Shown here piece after piece: positions 51,266 through 64,000 of a DNA stretch of 64,000 nt. The stretch lies in NCBI RefSeq assembly GCF_006345805.1, contig NC_043009.1:33046001-33110000 (forward strand), written 5' to 3'. Every line of letters begins with the position of its first letter. The first letter of the stretch is position 1. The position numbers and the translations under genes are program-made. The notes beneath the pieces are model-generated. The model saw only the letters and a list, made by a program, of their open reading frames with translations, was not told the origin of the DNA and did no database searches. Origin of the DNA: Octopus sinensis. Taxonomy: Eukaryota.

Positions 51266-51966
51266 CCTGATAAGTTATAGATAACAATGTGTAAACACTG
51301 GGCAGCCTTCGATACTTCATTTCAAAGGTGCTTTTAATCTAATGTTTACACACTATTATAGCTTTATCTCCTTCCGACCCAACTGCTACGAACGAATGTG
51401 TGTGTGTGAGTGTGTGAGTGTGTATCTGTGTATCTGTGTGCCTATGTGTATCTGTGTACCTATGTATGTGTGTTTGCATATGTACGCATCAATATATATT
51501 TATTTATATGTGCATTTATGTATACATGCACCTATCTATTTGCATTTATATGTTTCTCTATACATATGTATGTCTAGATTTATATTTGTGTATTTTCTCT
51601 TCTGCAAAAGTACAGACACGAACACACAACTCGTCCGGTAAATTTAAAATCTCCTGCCGCCATTTTCCTAGTTTTGTCGCCTCGACTGACATCATTGCTC
51701 CAATACAACCATAATAATATCTCTCTAATACTAGCTTCTAGTTCACTAATTTTCTGATAATCACACATTTCCATTAGTTTTCACTCAGAATGACTGGATT
51801 TATTCAGTTTCAGCATTGGATAAGTTCTGACTTCGTAGTTCATTCTTATTTAATCAGATGGCCTTTCTTTTCTGCCTTCGTCACTTTATAGAACGGTGCG
51901 AGAGAGAGAGAGAGAGGAGACAGAGTGTATAGCGACATTTTAAGATGCGTAGTAGTAGTATTAGTT

Positions 51967-52050
<84 letters not shown>

Positions 52051-53953
52051 CAACAGGTGATGTTGAATGCTATGTTTTCGTTGGGGCTTAGTCACTGGTC
52101 AGGGTACAGTCACATTGTTGCGTAGCAACTAATTAACCCTGACTGAGGAGACATCTTATCAAATCCATTCCAACCATGAACACATCGCCTATAGAATATG
52201 CCTAAAACAAGGTGACACTTTTTACTCTAGACAACATGTATCGATTGATTTAAATGGCATTTCGCTGCTATTTCTAACAGGTGGAACGACCAGCTCATGG
52301 CTCCCAGTGTTGCGTACCATCATCACACAGTTTGGAGAATTATTTTGAGAGTCCGTTGTATCTTTGATATCACAACTGGATATTGATCTATTTCTGCAGC
52401 TGTTTCTCTCAAATCTATAGCTGTTGCTGTTGTTGTTGTTGTTGCTGCTACTGCTGCTGTTGTTACTGTTATTGTTGTTTGTCTTGTTATTCAATTTATG
52501 TTAGTATTTTTTGCTCTCTTGTCCACGTTAAGATAAAATATTCGACAATACAGCACTTGCGATGCAATAAGTTTCCTTAAACATGTTTACTTCTCAGAAA
52601 GAACTTCTAACTATAGTTATTAACATTACTCTGATCATTGAATTAGAAGACGAAATAGGTTTACACCACACACAAACCTACAAAAACAAGCATACACTGA
52701 AATAAGTTATCAAACATTTGTATTTATATATATATATGTATTTATTCTATTTCTGTTTATTTACGAAAAATACTATTAATAGAAGTCTTCTGTTCATCCT
52801 GCTTACATTTCTGTCTCGCTCTCCATTCCTTTCTCATGTCTCTTTCTCACGCCTTATATTCTCTCACTTCTCCTCTTCCTGTTTCTTTCTACCCCGTGTT
52901 CTCCCAATAAATCCATCAACGGACTCCATTGTCTTACGTAAGCTAGATATCCCACCCCGTACCCACCTCTTATGTACCCTTTGTTCATTAAAAACCCACT
53001 AATTCAGTCTGTCTAACGCTCTCTCTGTTACAATCAACACACGTATATCTTAACAATATTACCAATTATTCTATGTCTTTCGCTCAATATCACCCATTGT
53101 TCTTCTTCATCTTGTTGTTGTGCTTGCTGCTGGTATTCCTATGTCAATTATTTTTGTTGCTTTTTTTATTTATCATAACAGATTGTTTTTTGTTTGACTT
53201 TTGGAGCTGTATTCGTGTTTTTGCTTTATTCATTTGTGTCCGTTATTAGTGATAATACGAAATAGATTCTGTTTTCGTGTTGTGCTTGTTGATGTTGTTG
53301 TTGTAGTTGATTATTTTTGGTTCCGTTTTTTTTTTGTTGTTCTTTTTTGCAGTATCATTGGTTTTTTTTCTTTATATTTTTGCCAGAAAAGTGAGGGAAA
53401 TGAAACTGTTGTGAGGAGGAAGAGAAGGAGAGACGAAGAAGGAGATGAGGAAGATGAACATGCGGAGGAAGGCGTGCAGGAAGGGGAAGAGGAGGATGGT
53501 GGTGATGCTGCTGCTGGTTGTTTTGTGATGGTTGCCGATCATCATCATCATCACCATTATCATTGTCATTATTATCATCGCCGTTGTCGTCGTCGTCGGC
53601 GGTGACATCATCATCGTCATCATCAACATCATCACCAGATTTACTATAAATACCATTGCAATTGTGATTGATAACAAAACAACAAAATAACATTGCCACA
53701 CCATAACTACAACTACTACTAATACTACTACAACTACTAATACTACTGCTATTCCTACAACTGCTGTCGCTACTACTATTAATATTACTAAATTACTACT
53801 ACCGCTAATACTACTGCTGCTAGATACGACAGCAATTGTTATTTTCATTAAGCTGAGGAGGGGTAGGGGAGGGAGGGGAGGGGTGGGGAGGAGTGGGGGA
53901 GGAGTGTAATGATTTCTACGAATTTAATGACGACGATTATTATTATTATTATG

Positions 53954-53989
<36 letters not shown>

Positions 53990-53990
<1 letters not shown>

Positions 53991-54470
53991 TATTATTATT
54001 GAGTGAGAGAGCAGTGTATGCCATCAAAGTGACACTGGGGTAAAATATACGAAGGCCAGTATACACGTCATGACTACCTCTCTGATAAGGGTACACCAGG
54101 CACATGCATCACAACCATATGTGCGCGATATGGTGATCTCATATCTAGATAAACAGCGCATGACCTTGCAGGTGGGGCCCAGTTAGAATTTTCTTCTGGT
54201 CGAGTAGCCCTTCCCACTCAAAAGGTCCCTGAATAAGTATTGTTTAAGGATGTTGAACGAAGCACCCATGTTTCCAAAGGGGAATTATCAAAACCTCTAA
54301 GAATTCCTTTCAACACACGGCTATGATGCTCTCCCACTACTTCTGCTCGTGATCAGAGATGCACATATCGTCAGCCACTAAGGGACAGGTCAAACAACTG
54401 ACAAGTAAATCTGTGGTATTGAGCAGAATATTTGCTGTAGCCCATCTTTTATACCAAGACAAAACAATGT
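53990..54470 (-). mobile_element. Probable LINE 3' UTR with (AAT)n tail
   Basis: Unique ~480 bp ending on the minus strand in (AAT)n. The same terminal ~60 bp occurs inverted at 54690-54750, also followed by (AAT)n. Confidence 0.5.
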
Positions 54471-54500
54471 ACATATTATTATTATTATTATTATCGTCGT

Positions 54501-54685
54501 TAAGGCGGCAAGCTGGCAGAATCGTTAGCACACAGGACAAAATGCTTAGCGGCATTTCGTCCGTCTTTACGTTCCAAGTTCAAATTCCGCCGAGGTCGAC
54601 TTTGCCTTTCATCCTTTCGGGGTCGATTAAAATAAATACCAGTTGAGTACTGAGGTTGATGCAACCGACTATCCCCCTCCCCAAT
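54501..54685 (+). mobile_element. SINE family B, 3' truncated
   Basis: aaggcggcaagctggcagaatcgttagc...gaggtcgactttgcctttcatcctttcggggtcg. Confidence 0.85.
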
Positions 54686-55319
54686 TTCACTGTACCCCAG
54701 TGTCACTTTGATGGCATGCCCTGCTCTCTCGCTCAATAATAATAATAATGCTTACAGTAGAAAGAATTATTATCATTATCTTTATTGTTCATGGTTTCAG
54801 AAATATATCAAGAGTTACTTCCTATTTTTTTTAAACCAGGACGGGTACATCTTGGAATACATGTATAGAAGTGCCCAAGCGTAATCAAAACCTTCCTGCT
54901 CCAGAGCAAAAATGTCCTAACAATATTTTTTTAAAAACCTATCATTTCTATTGTCTGTATCGTACTTATGACCATCATCGAAGGTGAATGGACATGTAAG
55001 CTTATGCTTCTCAGTAGAAGATTAACGGCTAGAAGAGAGAATTTATTCCAGCTTGTCACGGTTTGTGGGGCTCCTTGATTTGCCCTAAATGCAGGACATT
55101 CTCTTATGATTCTTTTTCTCTTTTCAAATATGCGCAGAATATTCAAAATGTTGCTCTTTCTTTCTCATTAATTTAATTTTTTTAGCAATCCTGTCACACA
55201 TTTTGTAATTAGTCGCTTAAATGTACCGTTATTTTTTATGGTAATGAAGAAAACAAATACATCACTTTTATTAATACTATCATGATCATCATCATCATCA
55301 CCATCATCATCCTCACCAT

Positions 55320-55320
55320 C

Positions 55321-55377
<57 letters not shown>

Positions 55378-55427
55378 GGTGGTTGGTGGTGGTGGTGGTG
55401 GTGGTGGTGGTAGTGGTGGTGGTGGTG

Positions 55428-55480
<53 letters not shown>
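55320..55480 (+). repeat. (GTA)n/(GTG)n microsatellite
   Basis: Seen directly. Confidence 0.95.
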
Positions 55481-55481
<1 letters not shown>

Positions 55482-56115
55482 TCGTTATTACTGGAATCGA
55501 TTTTTATCGGTTTCTTCCCGATTCCTGCTCTATTGTTCTGACAAGCTGTGAAACTCACACAAAGATTATTTCCGCCAGTTAAACATACGTTCTTTGCGTG
55601 TTCTTCGTTCTTTCTTTCTTTCGTTCCCTGAATCGTTCTTTTTTTTTAACAAGAAAGAGAGAGAGATAGGGGGGATGATTAAAGACATGTCTTTCATCTC
55701 ACATGCCTCTTGTATCTCCTTGTTCCGTCTTCCATTTCGTCTTTACATCATTCGAGTTTAGCAGAAAGATTGACCGGAAAATTCAATGATTCTTAATATT
55801 CTGTCCCATAATCATCCCATTGGTTCAACTGAAACTTGAACCCGAACTAACTGATTCTCCTTTTTCTCTGATTTATTAAAATCTCTTAATTTACTATGAA
55901 ATGTGGGCATAGAGTACCAGAGATGTAGAGTTCCTGTGCGCAGAGTACCAGAGAGGTCTTAATAAATATTGTACAGTATTTTTGATGTTGATGTTAAAGT
56001 TTACGTTAAACGTGGTGCAATAAAGCTAAGATTCAGACATTCCAATAATGACCACCACTTCGATTTGTTTTCGTAGACTGTATTATCTAATATGTAATTC
56101 TATTTCAACAATACT

Positions 56116-56258
56116 GACACCTGATGAAGGCTGGTGGGTGTGGGGTGTATCAGCCGAAACGTGTTAACAACAAACAAGATGAGGACAAATATCCGTCAAA
56201 TGTAAATAATGTAAATAATGTACATAATTCCTAATCTCTTAAATATAGAACTGTATTA
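56116..56258 (+). mobile_element. 143-bp HHR-headed element with 12-bp TSD
   Basis: ttcaacaatact at 56104-56115 and 56259-56270. The element starts GACAC-CTGATGA-A-GGCTG...CAGCC-GAAA-C-GTGTT. Confidence 0.85.
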
Positions 56259-56412
56259 TTCAACAATACTTGTTCAAAAAGCTGTGTAGATCAGCTATCA
56301 CCTACCATGAATGAATTTAATGTTTGTAGATAAAAATGTACATGATAGGTGAAAGGAGATCATACCTGAAATTTGGATATTTTTGTTATTCTGAAAAGAA
56401 AAACTGCTATAA

Positions 56413-56556
56413 TTGTACATTATTTACATTATTTACATTTGACGGATATTTGCCCTTATCTTGTTTGTTGTTAACACAACGTTCCGGCTAATATACCTTC
56501 CAGCCATCAAATGTAAATAATGTACATAATTCCTCATCTCTTAAATATAGAACTGT
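56413..56556. mobile_element. Second copy of the same family with 5' inversion
   Basis: A minus copy (56413-56509) joins at a tca microhomology to a plus-strand tail (56507-56556). Confidence 0.85.
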
Positions 56557-56834
56557 GTTATAATTGTGTTGTTCCATCTACATTGTCCGTGGCTCAATGT
56601 TAATTTTTCTATTTTGGAAGAAAATAAGTAAATATGGAAGTGAATCAAATCGAGTTTAAATAACAGGAAAAGGGTGGAAATTACTGGCGTCGATGCTTTT
56701 TTATTCCAATTGTGAAAAGTATCAAAACTATTTTATCCAACGTCTTCACAGTAGAATTAATTGCTTTTGGAACATAATAACGCCCGGCACATTCCTTCTT
56801 CATCCCATCCACCTCACTGATATCATCAGTGGAG

Positions 56835-57057
56835 GTGCCTGGCTTAGTGGTTAGAATGATCTTAAAGCTGTGGTTTTGATTCCTGAACTGGGCAATGCAT
56901 TGTGTTCTTGAGCAAAACACTTCATTTCACATTGCTCCAGTCCACTCAGCTGGCAAAGAGAAGTAATCCTGCGACGGACTGGCGTTCCATCCAGGTGGGG
57001 AGCTTATACGCCGGGAAACCGACCAATCATGAGTCGGTATGACTTGAGAAGTACCTC
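56835..57057 (+). mobile_element. CORE-type SINE family C
   Basis: tRNA-like head ggcttagtggttag followed by gttcttgagcaaaacacttcatttcacattgctccagtccactcagctg. Confidence 0.75.
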
Positions 57058-57425
57058 TACATATTTGGGTTTTTTTATTATTATTTTTTATTACTAATAT
57101 CATTATAATCAGCTTTATTCGCAACCTTATAGCAACTGGTCGAATCTCTGCTATTTGTAATGGCTGTATCATAGACCTGAGACATTTACAGTAGAAGTGG
57201 CAATGTATGACTTTAAAATTACCACTCTGTAAATATGTAGTTCATCGGTTGGGGTCTGGGTTACCTTCTTCAATAAATCGAGGGCGGCCGAATTCAGGAC
57301 GGTGAGATTTGGTCTATAGAATCTTTAGTTCCGATTTTAGTGGAGGACATATGTCACATGACCACCGGGTGATTACGTTTCAAACACAAAAAATACCTCG
57401 TCATAGAGAAGGTGTTTGCCGTGAC

Positions 57426-57915
57426 GATAAAATAGTATGGATAAGGCAGCGAGCTGGCAGAATCGTTAGCACGCCGGGCGAAATGCTTAGCTGTATTTCG
57501 CCTGTCTTTACGTTCTGAATTCAAATTCCACTGAGGTTGACTTTGCCTTTCATCCTTTCGGGTATCGATGAATTAAGTACCAGTTACGCACTGGGGTCGA
57601 TGTAATCGACATAATCCGTTTGTCTGTCCTTGTTTGTCCCCTCTGTGTTTAGCCACTTGTGGGTAGTAAAGAAATAGATAAAATAGTATGGATAAGGCAG
57701 CGAGCTGGCAGAATCGTTAGCACGCCGGGCGAAATGCTTAGCTGTATTTCGTCTGTCTTTACGTTCTGAACTCAAATTCCGCTGAGGTTGACTTTGCCTT
57801 TCATCCTTTCAGGGTCGATGAATTAAGTATCAGTTGCGTACTTGGGACGATTTAATCGACTAGCCCCTCCCCCAAAGTTCCAGGCCTTGTGCCTAGAGTA
57901 GAAAAGATAAAATAG
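57426..57915 (+). mobile_element. Tandem SINE B dimer with different tails
   Basis: 251-bp offset; gataaaatag occurs at 57426, 57677 and 57906. The first copy has the young tail and the second the old tail. Confidence 0.9.
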
Positions 57916-58714
57916 AATAGATGACTGATGGAGTGCAAAACTGTATATAATGCCTACTAATATTTACTGCCGTCTTGCTTTTTTCTAAGTCTGACTCCAT
58001 TGAGATATGAATCTGCTTTCCTTCGAACCACTACTGATATAAATAACTACAATTAACACCTTGGAATGTATTCAATCGCCGCAGAAATTGAATATACACC
58101 CACCCGAACCCAAGACACCTTCGTGACTAACAAAGGGATCAATATTTCTCTAGTGCTGCTACTTAAGAAATACACTTTCTAAAAAGAACGCATGGATTAA
58201 GTAAAAGGCCATATTTGTTATCCATGCTACCAAGTAGAATTTAGTTTTTAGTTTTACTTTTTAGTTTTATTGCGGTTATATTCTTTACAAGTGGATTCTT
58301 CCGGCATCGAACAGCAGGGAAAAATGCCATTATAATGTCAACTAGCAATAATATAAACTCGATTGCAAATATAAACAAGTTGATCTTTAAATTCTCATTT
58401 AAAGCGTTGAGACTGTTTAATTGAAAGCACTTTTCTGCTACTTTAAACGCTCCTCCATCCTTTAATACGGAGAAGATAGCTAGGATTCTGTTTGATCTAT
58501 TCTTACTTCGCCTTCTAATAAAACTTGCCGTAATTTAGTGGAATTTAATTGGTTGTTAGCCGCATCACTTGTTTTATCAGCAAAAACAAAATAGAAGAAA
58601 AAATTAACGATGTTATAATATATACGTGTATGTACGTATGTATGCATATATGTGCGTGTGTACGTGCATATATATACATGTACACATACAAACATACATA
58701 CATACATACATACA

Positions 58715-58748
<34 letters not shown>

Positions 58749-59473
58749 CATACGTGTACGTTGGCATGTGCGCCAGTGTGTCATAAATTATCTCAAAATG
58801 GCGATCTACTTAGTGAAACAGTCAACGTGAACCAACATTTTCCTGACAAAAAAACTGGTTCCCCCTTAATCTAATGTTAGTCAGCAATATTCTTCGGAAT
58901 TTGGAAAATAATTTCATGAAGAACTGATCAATAGAAGTCTGTGACGGGAATTTGGTTTCTTTTTAAGAAATGGTAAAATGAAACCAACAAAGATTCTAAA
59001 GAAAAAAAAAAAGAAGAACCATTAATGAGGCAGACTCAATTGTGCTCGGTGCAGATGTGTTCTTGCAGACCGGGAAAAACTTCAATAGCTGAACAGCAGA
59101 ACGGTCCTAATGGTGTTACTGAACTAAACAATGTCACAAAATGTTTTACTTAATTTGTATCTCTTCACAAACAGCTGCGTAACAATGCAGTTTAAACCAC
59201 GAAAGAAATAGAGATATGCACACACAGCATATATATATACATATAGGTATGAATGTATGTATATATATATGTGTGTGTGTGTATGTATGTATACCTTGAT
59301 ATATAGATATATGTATGTATATATGCACTTTATATATATGGTTTTGTTTTTATGTTTTCGTTTCTCATTGTGTTTTTTTGGTGTCCTGTACCCATGTATA
59401 TATACATATAGATGTAGGTACGTACATATATGTATGTATATATGCATATGTTTTATCTATTATTTTGTTATTA

Positions 59474-59505
<32 letters not shown>

Positions 59506-59696
59506 CAAACTATGGGTGCGTTACGTTCCATTCATTAATAAGTTTTAAAATGTATAGTAAATGATGAAAAACAGACTGAATATCAAGTTAAAAAACATAT
59601 ACTTCGTCTATACATCTTCTATATGTTTTTTTTTAACTTGCCGTTCTGTTTTTCGTTTGTGCATTTACTATGCATTTTTAAAAATGTATTTATATG

Positions 59697-59828
59697 GTTG
59701 TGTGGTAGAAGCTTGCTTCCCAACCACATACTTCCGGGTTCAGTCCGAATGTGTGGAACCTCTACAATAGGCTCAGACCGACCAAAGCCACCTGAGTGTA
59801 TTTGGTAGACGGAAACAGGAGAAGACCG

Positions 59829-59886
<58 letters not shown>

Positions 59887-60037
59887 ATGTATGTATGTAT
59901 ATGCATGTATCTGTTGTCTGTGTTTGTCACCCCACCATCGCTTGGCAACCAATATTGGTGTGTTTACGACCCCGTAACTTAACGGTTCGGCAAAAGGAGC
60001 CGATAGAATAAGTACTAGGCTTACAAAGAATAAGTCC
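59697..60037 (+). mobile_element. SINE family A with internal deletion and 3' truncation
   Basis: Similarity to other copies. Confidence 0.85.
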
Positions 60038-62159
60038 AAGTGTGTGTCTCTACTGCTGGTAGATTGTGCGTGTGTATGTATGGCTTGGGGATAAGTGCAT
60101 CTGTGGTTTGTGCATACGTTTGTGTGTAGTTGACTTTAATTGGCATAATTCTTATATTTGCTCATTCTGTATTACTGTGGTGGTGGTGGTGGTGGTGATA
60201 CGGTTATAGTAGTGATCTTGGTGATGGCGGTAGTGGTAGTTGTGGCATTGGTACTGGCTGTGGTGACAGCAGTTGCAGCGGTGGCGGCGCTCACGATAGC
60301 AGCGGCGGAGATGGAGGTGGCGATGGCGGCGACAGTCATGGTGGCGGTGATGACGATAGCGACGCTGACGATGGCAGCGGCGGTGATGGTGGAGGTTGGG
60401 GTATAGATAGGGTACTCCACTCGTTCTTTCTGTTGAGAATGTATGTAGAATCAGAATCTGCTTAAAGTATGCGACAGCTTTTGCAATGAGGCATGTGTTC
60501 GATGAATAACAAGTGTTTCGTAACTCAATATTGTTTATTGATTTATTGCGTCTTGTTTCACTTCACTCTATCTACAACAGTGCAATGCAATGCTTTCACA
60601 TATACTGCAGGACGTTTCTCCTTATTAGGCTGCATTGGTTGCCTCCCATACACCTTATATTTATACAACGTCCATTATTTTGTAATTTAGCTCTAAATTG
60701 TATTGTACACTCTAGTACAAGATGATGTTCTTTCGACACGGCTGCGACAAGCATAATAGGGACTTGATGGCTCGGGTTGTTTGTATTATGGTTTTCCTGT
60801 TTACCATCACATTTTGAAATCTTTTTTAACAAACAAATCTAGTTCTTTTTTTTTTTTTTTTGGCTTTTGTAATCGTTTTCAGAATGTATACTCATATAAG
60901 AGGCACACATCATATACTGCACCATTGCTAACGATGTAATGAGGTATTCTCGGTGTACAGGAAAAAAAATTCTGGAACATTAAAAAAGAAAAGAAAGGCA
61001 CCGCAGAATGAAGGCCAAACGTTGGGGACGATAGTCTGACTTTTCGAAGTTCTACCAGTTCTCAATAAGAAGTCTAAGCATTTTGCAAGAATTTTCTCCA
61101 CAGTTTTAATTGAAACTGTAGATTATAGTATAGTGTGGTAGATTGATGCACGATCTAATATTTACTCTCTGATATAAGCATTCTAAAGCTACTCTTAGCA
61201 CACATGATAATGCCCTATATTTGTAAACACTCTCACATCACTATTTTTCTGCTGTTGCCATTTTCAAGTTACCTTAACTCTCATTCTGTTGGCCAAAATA
61301 CTGAAAGTGTTACGAGACAGCGTCAGATTTTTTTAAAGAATTATTTTTATACAACACGAGTGTTGACATAATTTTAAATACAGACGGATGCGTGTTCTTT
61401 TACTTTGCTACAAAGAAACTCACATGCAATTCCTTAAGAACAGTCAAGATTGCCGAACATTTCACAACTTGTCTCAAAACTTCATGGCACTGTGTGGACA
61501 ATATAAGGCTCAGTAATTGAAGGCGCTTGCTCTATCAAACCAATGTGCGATCCTCTATACTATGGCTTGACTACAAAACACCAACTATACCTCTTTCAAA
61601 TTACAACTTGCCTTCATAACATTACACTGGAAACTGTATTCCTTAAACATAAAGACAAGATATTCTTTAAGATACTCCTTCACAATAAAAATAAAATACG
61701 AGCTAGGAATAATTCTAGCACATTTCAATACTCTACAACCATACATAATTTTACCTACACTGTGTACATGATATTTTCGTTTACACAGTCTTTTGCCATA
61801 TCACAGTAACTTTCACATCAAACAGCTACACCATTCCGTACCACACTAGTCAACACTTCTACATAGCGCTATGGTGGTCGATTCACCTGTTAGCAATAGC
61901 AAACATCTCTTCACTTAGAATATATTTTATGGTCTTCAAAAAACTAGAATACTTTGGATTACTTTCGTCTCTGATTATGAATGAACTCACCTGTCTACTT
62001 CAATGTACGAGTGTACAGTTGATCAGTAAACAGCTCAGTTCACTCCATGAATCAATTCGTGATCTGGCTGAACATTTCACAAACATAATTTCCAGATAGA
62101 ATTAGCGTAACATGTAATGAGATACATCTGAGTCTTTGAATTTTTGCTGCAGTCCATTT

Positions 62160-62320
62160 GATGGGCTTCTGACACAATTTCTTTTTGTCCACTTCAGATT
62201 CATTCGCAAATCTTGGGTTAACCCTAGGCTATGGTATATTACCCTGACCAAGATGTCACGCAATGGAATCGAACCCAGGAACTCGTGGTTGCGGAGCAAA
62301 CTCGTTAAACATCAGGTTTA
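62160..62320 (-). mobile_element. Old SINE family A-like 5' fragment
   Basis: gaccaagatgtcacgcaatggaatcgaacccaggaactcgtggttgcggagc matches the reverse head. Confidence 0.6.
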
Positions 62321-64000
62321 CATTAGTCTCACATAACACTATATCTAATTAATAGACGGTATGGCCACGGCTGGAATGTTTTTGATCATTGGTCTGCTGT
62401 GTGTTATAATCACAACCACAATGATGAGTATTGACCACACATCGAAGGTTAACAAATACAACATCTGACTCGGATAGATTTGCGTGACATTGATGTACAG
62501 CTGACACACAAACAGACGTTATTGGCATTTTAAATATCCCACTAAAGCTGTATTTTATTGTTCATTATCTTGATAAACTAGAACGTGTGGATTTGGGTTA
62601 AACTTGCTCGTCTCATTAGTATTCTGCTTGTGATTATAACCGGGGTTATTGAGACCGTATATTTATAAGATTTATTATAGCCCGTATAATTTTGTTCTTT
62701 AAAGAGACTGAAAGATTTTGCTACTATTTAAAGTAGATTGATTGGATGTATAGCAACTTCCTCGCTACTTCTTGTATCTCTTCTATTTCATGTATGTAAA
62801 AACGAAAATATCTCAACTTTCAGAATAGGATTTCTGTTATAGTATTTATAAATCTATAACACAGCAGAAGTATTCGCTTAATGCTCTTATGGATTTTTCT
62901 CTCTCCTAATAACTGTATCGTCAATGTTCCTACTGTAGTTCGAGAAAATTCTAATGTTTTCTTCAATTTCAGTCTTCTTTGTTCTGATGCAATTTTCCAG
63001 ATGTCACAAATCTTTTCTTCTCCCTCGTTTTTGTTTCTCTTCGTCTAACTAAATACGTCAAAATTTGGTTAGACAATAAGAAAAATGTGACAGACCAAAG
63101 TTTCATCTAAATAAACAAATCTGAAATAAACAAAAGCAAATTCTTTTGTAATACATGTAGTTTCAGTTGGTGCGAATTTTTACTTGAACAGATTTGAATT
63201 TGACATTTAAACTTACGCTGAGAGAATTTACAGAAACACTCCTTGTTTTAGCAAAACATCTGAGCTGGATGCTCTTCGTGAAATACTGTTAGCCTTGAAG
63301 ACATTGTGGACCTGAATATTACACGGCAGCACCAACTTGTTTGAAAGACTGAAATGGAATTGATATCCTGTCGCTAATTAGAGTGTCATTTTGAGAAAAT
63401 AACAAGAAACAATTTTTTAGTTTTAGAAAGTAACTATGTTTAGTCTCATTAAAAGTTCGTTCTACTTAAACCAGAAATAAAACGGTAATGGTAAACAGCT
63501 GAAACATAACAAACAGAAAAGTATCATACAATAATTTTTTTTTTTTGTTTTAATAATACAATACAAGAAAAAAATCATACAACGAATATAAAATCATAGG
63601 AACGAGTTTTGAATCTTGACTGTAATTCAAATTTTTTCTTTGTCTGTTTTTGTTGCTTTTCTTTTCTATTCATCTGAAGAATATGTAGTGATGTTGACCT
63701 TTGCTGATCAACAAAGGCTGGTTTAGTATATGGTGTCGTTCTGCTACAGCTTCCACGCGTTGGAATCTGTAACAACTGTGAATAGGTAGGAATTTTAGGC
63801 GGTTGCAGGTCTGAAATGGGAACACTGAGCATTCAGTTTTATATGGAATTTCGGAAGCTGATGCATCAGTCAGGCTTGGCTTGAAGTGCTATGAAATTTC
63901 CTAGATAGATCAGTTAGATCACTCTTAAGTCAGTGATTTGTAAAATTATTCTAACGAGCCATTGCTTTTTTTTTTTCCTTTTTTCTCCATTTTGTCTTGT

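Noticed and set aside
62363-62470. 35-aa ORF with a signal-peptide-like N-terminus (MATAGMFLIIGLLCVII)
   Set aside because: It starts in what resembles a SINE 3' end (atggccacggctgg), is very short and has no processing sites.
63845-63880. Minus-strand CTGA-CTGATGCATCAGCTT-CC-GAAA, HHR-like
   Set aside because: The core is incomplete and stems I/III do not pair; it would need an assumed deletion.

Overview
AT-rich, repeat-saturated animal genomic DNA. The SINE and microsatellite make-up fits an octopus; this is recognised from memory of octopus repeats, not from a search. I can support no host protein-coding gene: almost all ORF-track entries are microsatellite read-throughs or transposon relics. 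The window holds three or more tRNA-derived SINE families, CR1- and RTE-like LINE fragments, a mariner relic, a possible Gag relic, a Penelope-like (PLE) GIY-YIG relic, MITE/foldback elements and long simple repeats. The main signal, which no ORF track shows, is a dense set of type I hammerhead ribozyme (HHR) motifs in several unrelated small non-coding elements. Four keep the full catalytic core and stems (1856-1937, 8963-9019, 27348-27428, 31344-31408). One has lost only its cleavage triplet (56116-56165), and about nine more are decayed. The carrier elements show PLE/retrozyme hallmarks: a 1.2-unit copy of a 585-bp monomer, 5' inversions, a 12-bp target-site duplication (TSD) and residence in (TA)n tracts. 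A second signal is a young SINE subfamily that repeatedly inserts into, or adds its tail to, resident copies of its own family. All RNA folding was done by eye, and ribozyme activity is untested.
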